This document shows positions 1-9,600 of a stretch of DNA of 64,000 bases, one piece after another (the first letter of the stretch is position 1; each line of letters opens with the position of its first letter). The notes beneath the pieces are model-generated. The model searched no databases and had not been told where the DNA came from. It saw nothing but the letters and a program-made list of their open reading frames with translations. The stretch spans positions 1,550,001 to 1,614,000 of the forward strand of contig LSRY02000010.1 of assembly GCA_001643675.2 (NCBI GenBank), written 5' to 3'. The DNA comes from Monocercomonoides exilis PA203. Lineage: Eukaryota; Protista; Preaxostyla. A program made the position numbers and the translations under genes.

Positions 1-226
1 GAGGAAAAAAAGGAAGAAGAAGAAGAAGAAGAAGAAGAACGAAATAGAGAAGGAGAAAAGGAAGAGGAAGAGGAAGAGGAGGAAGAGGAGGAAGAGGAGG
101 AAGAATGATTGGAAGATTTTTTTTGGGCTGTTACGAATGTGAGTTGAAGAAGAAGAAGAAAAGAAGACGATGAAGTTAAAAGAACTCTCTTTGTTTAAGT
201 TTTTTCGATTGCTTTCGCAAAAGTTT

Positions 227-2220
227 TCATTTGCTTGTCTTGCTAAATGCTTCACTATCATCTTCATCTTCTTTTTCGTCACTTTCATCATCATCATCGC
301 TATCTCTCTTCTCCATCTTCCTCGTCTCCTTCATCTCTGCCCTCTCTCTTTCCGAACTCGCCTCAAACAGCCTGAATTCCTTCCACCCGACACACACTTT
401 CTTCTTCACCTTGTCTGGAATCATCTCTTTTGGCGCCTCATATTCAAATCTCCCTTTTTTCGAAAAGCAAAAAGAGCCATCTGAAACATGCGGGCGCGGA
501 AGAGAGATCGGAATGAGCAGCTCAAATTCGAGCAGAAAACACAAAGTCAAAAACGGGTGCGGATAGCAAAAGCGAACAAAAGATGTTTTTTTGGCTTTTG
601 AAGGAGGCAAGTAATTGACAATGTTCATCTTTTTGCCGTCTTTGCGCTGCATCGAAGAAGCTTTGCCTTTCACTAGAGGAATCGAAAGAGGCTTTTCAGG
701 TAGCATTTTGTGGGTGTTGTGCACGAAAACACGAAGGGTGTAGGAGAGGATGATGACAGACTGATCATCTGAGGGGAAAAAATAAAATTAATAAATTAAC
801 AAAAAAAAAAAAAAATAAGAAGTTAATTGCTTGATTAATTAATCATAATCACTTCAAAAGCACAAACCGTTGTCTATCCCATTTTCTGCTAGTCTGATGA
901 AATTAACTTTTGCTCTGATCTGCTCTTCGAGCGATGCATCCATCTTCACACAAACATTCTCCAATTTCAGTGTCAGCGGCACAACTTCCATTGGATTCGC
1001 CAGGTGATTTCCAAAGAAGAGCGGGCGCTGTGTTACAACTGCACGTAGAGTGCGATAACCAGAAGGGAAAAGAGAAAGAGAGAGGGTGGAGAAGCTGAAA
1101 TCTTGGTATTTCTCTTTCGTCTGCTCCTTCTCTGTGGTACTGGGCTGTTCACAGAAGTCGCCCCGCTCCCAAAAACTCTGATCCAGTCAGGATGTACCAA
1201 GAAAGGGAACATATTTTGATTTTGACAGATCTTCATTCTCAATCTCTTCTCTCAGCGTTGCTTCCTCGTCTTCTTCTCCTTCATCGTCGTTGTTATTGCT
1301 TTCATCCTCACAATCATCATCTTCTTCGTCTTCATTCCTGTCTTCTTCTTTGTCATCTTCATCGCAGTCTTCATCATCTTCGTCGCTTCCCTCATCAGAA
1401 CTTCTTTTTCGATTTGATTTCTTTCGCTTCAAATGTGAATTAGTTCTTTTCATCTGCCCGCTCTTTTTCTTCTTCTTTTGAGTTGCTTTCTTTTTTGCAT
1501 TGCCTTTTGCTGTTTTCTGCTTTTGTATCTTTTCCTTTGCTAATGCGTGGATAATCCTCTGCTTCTCTTTCATTTTTTCTTCTTCTGATTCTTCCAGGAC
1601 CGATATCACAAGATTCAATGTCCGCATTAAAATCCGAACTTGAGGAGTTTTTCTGCTTTGGAATGGAGCATTCTCTTTCATTTTTCTTTTTTTCTTTCAA
1701 CTGGCTCGTCTTCATTTTCCCAGTTCTTTTGTCTTTCACTTGTCATTTTGATAAAAATTTGTCACTTCTTCATTTTGGATTTCAGTTTTCTTCTTACTCT
1801 TCCATGTTTTCAGCTCCGCTTTCATCAGCATTTTGTTCTTCTGCTTTCTTTTTCTTTCGCGAAGGATCCAGTTCTGCTGGATCTGCTTCAATGAAGTCTT
1901 TTTGCTCGAGCAATTTTTTCTTCATCGTCTCCTTTTAAATCACTCGATGAGCTTGCGATATGACACCCACTTTTGACAATGATACATTCCGCTCGTCAAT
2001 GATCGTGTATGAAGGCAAAACCTTGATGAGCTTTGTAAGCATCTTGTGTGGAATTAATGTGAAAGTTAGTTCTGATTCTTGCATTGGAAAAAGATTGGTT
2101 GAAAAAACAGAAATAAACAGTCATTTTTCAGACTATAATGCAAATTAGCAAAATAACAAACGTCGAATACTAAGATATGCTTGCACAAATAACACTCTCA
2201 GCGAACCATCTAATAGCTTT
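227..2220 (-). pseudogene. NPHP4 (nephrocystin-4)-like gene fragment, intron-containing, with in-frame stops
   Basis: Splicing a GT-AG intron at 867-769 joins ...LTLKLENVCVKMDASLEEQI...DN to DDQSVIILSYTLRVFVHNT...HPFLTLCFLLEFEL in frame. Upstream blocks LLDGSLRVLF and ESELTFTLIPHKML are collinear with NPHP4 N-terminal C2-region motifs as I recall them (RLRVGVHNG, HPAFAVIFQLEY). Several stops fall in the K/E-rich middle, so it is either a pseudogene or has unrecognised introns. Confidence 0.5.
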
Positions 2221-2787
2221 TTTGTTTAATAATCGAATAAATCAAATAAGAAAAATAACAACACACTTTTTTTGTCGCCTTAGAATAAAAAAGGAAATAT
2301 GCAGAAGTTTCAGTGAATGATCAGTCATTTCAGCAAAAAGCAAGTTAACCTCTTCTCACAACGTATTTTTTGCTATTCAAAAATGCACTTTGACACATTG
2401 ATGCTGCTTGAAATAAGCACAACTATGAGAAAAAGAGAAACAAATGGAAGAAGAAGAGAAAAAAGATGATGAAGAAATAAAAGAAGAAATAATTGAAAAC
2501 GGAGAAAAAGAATAAATTGAATAAAGAAATTTCTTCTTATTTTTCTTCATCTTCTCCTTCTTTCACACAGAAAACAATACAAAAAATGAAAAGAAAAAGT
2601 TAAATATTCATTTTCTTTACCGTTTTGAAGAAAATGATGAAGATGAAAAGAATTCTTCTCAAAAATGATCGAAAAGCATACGAAAGAAAATTTTCTTCTG
2701 ATTTTGCAGGGGAAATGTTCGAGATACAAATGGAGGAAGATTTGAGGAAGAGGAAGAGGAGGAAGAGGAGAGTTGGGAGAATTGCGT

Positions 2788-2875
2788 GGGAGAAAGAAAA
2801 AAGAAAGAAAGAAAGAAAGAGAGAAAGAAAGAAAGAGAAAGAGAAAGAGAAAGAGAAAGAGAAAGAGAAAGAGAA
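2788..2875. repeat. (GAAA)n/(GAGAAA)n purine microsatellite
   Basis: Directly visible tandem units. Confidence 0.9.
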
Positions 2876-3306
2876 TTAGAAGGAAAAGAAGAATGAGAAG
2901 GAGAAGGCACTTGGGATATGAAATATGGAGTTGTGGAGTGTAATGTGAGATGCTTTGATGAAGTGGTACGAAATGGATATTGAGTTTCAATGGAAGATGG
3001 CCATGTTGAAGCGGGCGGAAGCAAAGGAACTGGTGAAATAGAAGAGGAAGAAGAAGAAGATGATGAATAGAACAATTCTTATTCATGAGAAAATTTTCTT
3101 CGAGCATTTAGAAAAACAACGTTAAAATTATCTCAACTTATCAAATCCACATCAGCAGCAATGATATCCCAAAAAACTTCCATTCCAAATCATTGCGCTT
3201 TATAAAAAACAACAATCATTTTGATTTCTTTCATAAATCTTCTCCAGTTTTTTCATTAATTTTTTATTTGTTTTCAAAACATAAAATTTAATATTATTAT
3301 GGTAAT

Positions 3307-3311
<5 letters not shown>

Positions 3312-3354
<43 letters not shown>
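3312..3354. repeat. poly(A) tract, 43 nt
   Basis: Directly visible. Confidence 0.95.
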
Positions 3355-3358
<4 letters not shown>

Positions 3359-3633
3359 CAGTGAAGTAAAGGAAAGTCAGATATATTCATGAATAGCAAA
3401 ATTATGAAAAAAACAATCATTTCAAAATTTTCGACAAATGAATAATTTCTCAACCGACAATTTGCACTCAAAAAATGTGCGTCGCAGAGGCCCAACGTTT
3501 TGTTCCCACTTATCTAAGTTAATGTTGTTCATGAGATATTTAAATGCATATATTTTTTGAAAATTTGAATAAGATAACCCATATCTGATAATATTGATCA
3601 ATGTTATAAAATAAAAATATCAAGAAAACAAGC

Positions 3634-6600
3634 ATGCTGCTGCGTTGCAAAGGAAGAGCAGGAGCCTTGCTTTTCGCAAGTTTTAGTGTTTCAATAATTA
3701 TGCGTTCAATTTACTGCAACGAAGAAACGGGCTACAAAGCAGATGCATTCAAAAAAGCTGATTTTCAAGATTATAGCATTGGGAGGTTAGGAGAAACTCA
3801 TGAGGCAAGCAAAAATGCGCCCTTTCCGCACAGAGTGGATGCAATCAATGCGGCGAAGTGTAATGAGCTGCAGGAGTTTGATTCATCTGGGTGGTCGCAA
3901 AATACAGAAAAGAGCATAAAACGATTGCAGGAGGATTCAGAAGGGGCATTTGATCATAACTTTCTTGCTGGCGCACTCAATAATGATATGAACAAGTGGA
4001 GCTGTGTTTGCAGCAGAATGACGGTTCTGAACTCGTCGTTGGCAGTTGAGCAAATAAATATTATCCAGAAAATCACTTCTTCCATTTCTGTGAGAAACGA
4101 ATTGTCCAGATTGTTTGTTAGAGATTGCATTATAAGTGTGGGGACAGAGACGGAATCTTCTGCTTTTGAGTGCGCAGGAGGAACAATACTAATGGAGAAT
4201 ATATCTTTGCGAAGGACTTTTCCACAGCAGGCGTGGCCATCTCTTGTCTCAGCAAGCCCCTGCTCACTTCCTTTGACAGGACATGTCCATATTTTGAGCT
4301 GCACATTTTCTTCATTTTGTGCCTCGCTTGCGAATCCGTTCATTGGAGATGTGGATTTAACATTTGCTTCGGCTTCTTTTTGCAGCTTCCACAATATATC
4401 TGTTCAGAGCAGCAACAAAAACTTTCCACAAAAGCATTCTTTGCAAGAGAGCAAAATTGAAGGCTGCGCTGTCACTGATTGCGTTTGCCCGTTTTATGGA
4501 GTTCTCATTTCTGGCTCTCGTGGATGTGGCTTTGGCTCCTCGAACACTTCTTTCATTCGTTCGAGAAACACCATTTCTCATCAGAACTTCACGAATAGAG
4601 CGCAGTCATTTTCAGAAGGAGAAATCAAATTTGAAGATTGCAACTTCACCGAGTGCAGCGCTGCTAATGGTGGTGCAATTTTAGTTTGTGGCAGTGCAAA
4701 GCTCACTGTTGGGAAATGTATTTTTTTAGGATGCTATAATACGTTTTCAGATATGTATGGTCATGGAGGTGCAATTTTTAGCGATGGAAGTGATTGCAAC
4801 ATTGAAAATTCTATTTTTAATAATTGTAGAGGAGCGAGAGAATGGACAATTGGTGGAGCATTTGCTCAAATAACAAATAATTTATCTATTGTAATTGGCT
4901 GTTCTTTTGAAAATTGTTCAGCAATTTATGGAGGAAGTGTTGCTTGGGATGAAGGAGTGTGGGGATCACTTTTCAACTCTGTATTTGAAAGCAGCAGAGC
5001 ACTCAGATGTTATGCCGGAACAGTCTTTCTTCAAGAACCAAGAACTGATTTTGAGATATCAAATTGTTATTTATTAAAAGGAGATGCTCCAACTGGCGCA
5101 GGTGGAATAGATGTATCTTATAATGATTATAAAACGAATCTCAAAATCAAATTTTGCTTGTTTGAAAACAATACAGTGCAGAAATCTACTCACGCAGCAG
5201 ATATTTTTATTGGACCTGGATTTAGCTTGGCCGATGCCTCAGTTCAGATATTGCAATGTTTGACTCTTTCAACGGCCCAAAGAAAAGTTGTGCAATGCGT
5301 CGAATATGCATGGGACTGCGGAGACAAAGGTGTTGCATATGACTCATATCTGCCAGCTCCTCAGTCAGAAATACACATCAGCAATTCCGGAAGCGATGTG
5401 AACACTTGTGGAGGAACAGATTCAGAATGCCAAACAGTGGAATATGGAGTGACAAGATGGAAAGAGCAACTAAATCAAAATGTTTACATGAACGGAGAAG
5501 AATTTGAAGAAGACATGATTGACGTTAAGTGGAGAAATATCGTTCTCAGCGGAGCAGAGAACAACTCATCTGCAATAAAGTGTCGCGAAGCCTCGTCAAA
5601 CGACTGCTTGATCTCCATTGGGAATGGTTCGCTGAATGCAAAGAGGATTTCCTTTGTTTGCGTGTTCAACCGATCTGCAATTGCAATTGGCTGCTCTGGG
5701 TTGCTTGAGCTGGAGCTGTGCAGTTTCGCCAAAAGCTCCCAATCAACACAACCATCAACAAAATCCCTGATTCAAGTTGAAGAAGGTTCGTTGACGATGA
5801 AATTTGTGAATGTCTCTGGGTTTGGATTTTCGCAAGGCTGTGCAATTGCTTTGTCGGATTGCAAATCTGTCTCTCTTTCGAATGCTTCTTTTTGGGATGT
5901 TGAGAGCGAGCAGAACGGAGGATGCCTGAATGCTGTTTGGAGCGAAGGGTCAGAGAATGGTTGCGAAGCTTCAATAAGCGGATGCATCTTTGAGCATTGC
6001 GTTGTTTCTGGGGATGGAAATGGAGGTGGGGCGCTGTTCCTCTCGCTGCCAAGCACATGCACAGCAACAATTTCTGGATGTTCGTTCGAAGAGTGCGAGG
6101 CGCCTTTCGGTTCGCAGGAGGGATTCGGGGGAGGGATCTTTCTGGATCTTGAGCACTCAGATGCAGGATTTGCCATCACAGCTCCTTCTTTTTCATCAGA
6201 AAAGCCAAACAAAGCGAAGCATGGAAACGACTTGTTTGTTCAATCCCCGAACCTGAAGGAATCGATCACGAGCGAAAAGCTTCCTTTTGCTTGTTCATTG
6301 GGACACAGTTCCTTCGACGATTTGCGTGGGTTCAATGGAAATGATCGTGAGCATTCGATTCCGTTGGTTCTGTTTTTTGAGGAAGTTGGAAGCACAATCC
6401 ATGTTGGGAGCGAGGATGGAGCTGATACTGTTGTGTGTGGGTTCTCTGATTATCCGTGCCAATCGATTGATTATTGCGTGGAAAGACTGGCAGAATTGAG
6501 TGCAAAAACAATAGCTATCGTTAAATCAGCAACAATAGAAAACGAAATGATGCTGCACAATGTGAACTTGAGATCATCAGATGCATCGAAAGCCGAAATC

Positions 6601-9600
6601 ACTTGCATCAAATCGCTGAATGCTCTGAATGGAAAAGTGATGGCAGCCACGGGGAATGCATCCATCGAGTCAATCCGCTTTTTGCTTCCTTCTTCTTTTG
6701 ATGCTGAGATCGAAACGTTAATATCCTTGACTTCTGAGAGCAACCTGTCGCTGACAAAGTGTGCATTCGAGATGCAGCAGGGCGAGGTCAGCCAGATAGG
6801 TTACAGGCTGTTTCAGATGAGCGGAGGAATCCTCAATATGGACAACTGCCAATTGAATTCAGCGAATCTTCATCATGCGCCTATCGCAGTGAGCGAAAAC
6901 GCAGCCAGCACCCCAACAACGATTATTTCATTGAATGTGAAGAACACAGACATCAGCGATCAGCCTCTCATCGGTGTGATTCCATCATCAACATCCAAAC
7001 TATTGAACGAGGGAACAACGAGCGACAAGACTGTCTGTCTTACACAATGCACTTTTTCAGGGATAGCTAATGGCAATGCAGACAGCGCTGTGTTTATTTC
7101 ATCCTCAATTTCAAGCCATGTTGAGTGCTTGCACTGGAATGCCACGAATGCCAAAGGCACCCAGAGCATGGAGGGAGGCGCGATGAAAATTGTTGTTGAG
7201 GCACAAGGTCAGTTTGTGATGGAGAACGCCACATTTACAAAATGCTGTGCTGAAAGTGAAGCAGGTGGAAAGGGAGGAGGCATCTATTTCGACTGCTCGG
7301 CTTCCGATGCGTTCTCCTTCCAGCAGATAACCTTCGATCAGTGCTCTGCAAAGCACGGGAAAAACGTGTTCTTTCTCTCGTCAGACCTGAACGTTTCCAT
7401 CACAAAGCAGACATTGGCATTTGAGGTTAGCGAGACAGCAAACGATACAAACTTGTTCGTGGGGAACGACACCACAAAAACAAACTTCGACCTGTGCCGA
7501 TTTCTGATTGGATTCTCTTCTCAGGAAATCTATCTCAGCAAGAACAGTGGGTGGGATGTTCTGCGGTGTGGGAGTGGAGAAGAGCCATGCGCAACAATGG
7601 AGTATGGGCAGAAGCATTTTCGTGCTTTGGAAGATCCGGCGCAACCAAGCATGAACACTTTCGTGATCGTCGATGAAGCTCAGGTGAACAGCGAGATGGA
7701 CATTTCAAACGTCTCTGTAACTTCAGTTGATGCCAAGTCTCGTCCTGTACTGACTTTCGGAGCAGCCATTTCGCCTCAGAACGGAAATGAAGAAGAAGGC
7801 GATTGTGTGCTTGCAAACGATGGAAAAAGCTCCTTGATGAACATTGAGGTCTGCTGCGGGGATGGCTCTGGGTGGAGGCAGACGAAGCTGATAAGCACGG
7901 CTGGCAGCTCCTTTGCTGCTCAAGGCTGCTCCTTCATCAGCGTCTCCTCCACCGCCATTCATTATTGCATCGTTGCCTGTCTGTCTGGAACATGCGAATT
8001 ATCGAGCTGTTCATTCAAATCCATCCAAGCCGAAAGTCACATTCTGATGGTGTCGCATGGCAGCAGCATTGACTTGACAAATGTTTCGATGAGCAACATG
8101 GAGCTGATGGGCAAAAGCATTGTGTCTGTGCTGGGGCAGGGCAAATTGCAAGACGAGCCACAGGAATTGAATGAAGACAAAGGCCCGACAGTTCAGCTGA
8201 AATGCTGCACACTTTTCTCGCTCCTCCAAAGTGCACCATCTGAGCCATCCGTCATCAGCTGCACAGGCAGCAAGCCTTCCAGCGTGTCTGTGCAAAACAC
8301 GTCGATCAAGAATTGTGGAAGCAGCCAGAGCGAGAGCGGCGGAGGAATGATGATGAAATTGAGCGAAGGAGGGTTTTTTGAGATCCGTTTTTCCACAATC
8401 TCAGGCTGTTTCTGTTCGGCGACTGGAAGAGGAGGCGCGATATTCCTGGACTGCTCTTCGATCACAAGAGATGGCCTGCTTCCTTTCCTGCTGAAAAACA
8501 CCACGTTCATGGAGAACAAAGCATTTGTGGGAAGAGACGTGTATGTGAAATGCGCGAATGTGAAAACTCAAATAGGCGCCGAGCTGTTTGAGCTCGATTT
8601 CAGAGCGCCGTTTGTCCGGGATCTTGCGATGTGGGGATGCACAGCACCCGACTATAGCGACGAGCAAGATCTGTTGCTGCTTGTGGTTGTGTATCAGAGC
8701 GAGACGATATTTGCATCTTCTTCAGCGGACAATGCCTCTGACACGCGCCAGTGTGGTGCAATGAGCGAACCGTGCATTTCGCTGAATGTTGCGCTGCCGC
8801 ACATCATTCCTTCAGTTTACAGCAATTTGCTGATTGACAAAAGCGCTGAGGTGACAGGGGAAGCAAGCGCTTGCGATGTCTCGATCAAGTCGCTGGATGC
8901 AGAAGGCGCCAGGGGGAGTGTTGTGCTGAACAGCAGCATCGGAAGCAAGACGAAAAGCCTCGTTTCGTGCTCGTCGAGAGTGAAAATGGAATTTCTCACG
9001 TTTTTGTTTGGGAGCGCTTTTTCTTCTCCTCATTCCAGCTTGTTATTGCTGGCTGATGGCAACTTGTCTATTGCAGATACAGCATTTGCTCAAGAAGATT
9101 GGAATGGAAACTCCGAAATGAGACTGAACTGCTCCATCGTTCTCGTGGAGAATGGCAGGCTATCGATCAACGGATGCACTTTTGCCTTTCTCCGCCTCGG
9201 TTCTTCGTGCGTGGCAGCAAGAGGGGGGCAATATTGCTCATTTATGAACTTGAACATTTCTGATGTGAATTGTGGTGTGTTATTGGACTTCCGCAATTTG
9301 ACAAACCTCTCAATGCAGCAGGTGCTTATTTCCAGTTGCGCACTTGAACAATCCGCCCTTCTCCTTCACAACTGCAAAGACTCTCAGCTGCAGAAGGTTC
9401 AAATCCTAAATGCAGAGAGCAAAGCAAGTTTGATTGCGTTTTCCTCAGACGGTTCAGGAGATCATTCAAACATCCAGTGCTATCATTCGGACTTCGATGC
9501 CATATCTGTGCTGTCTGGTTCTTTGCTTTCTGTTGAATGTGCAGATGCGAATGTCGAGATGAATTTCTTGTCCATTTCGAACGCGAAGCTCAGAGAAGGA

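Noticed and set aside
1700-1960. In-frame TAA codons suggesting TAR-to-Gln recoding, as in some oxymonads
   Set aside because: In-frame TGA stops also occur in the same stretch, and the two 8.3-kb ORFs contain no TAA or TAG, so the standard code fits.
2547-3107. Ser/Leu/Phe-rich ORFs
   Set aside because: They are explained by purine microsatellites, with no recognisable domain.
3312-3354. Poly(A) tract as a retro-insertion tail near the palindrome edge
   Set aside because: No target-site duplication or recognisable element body.
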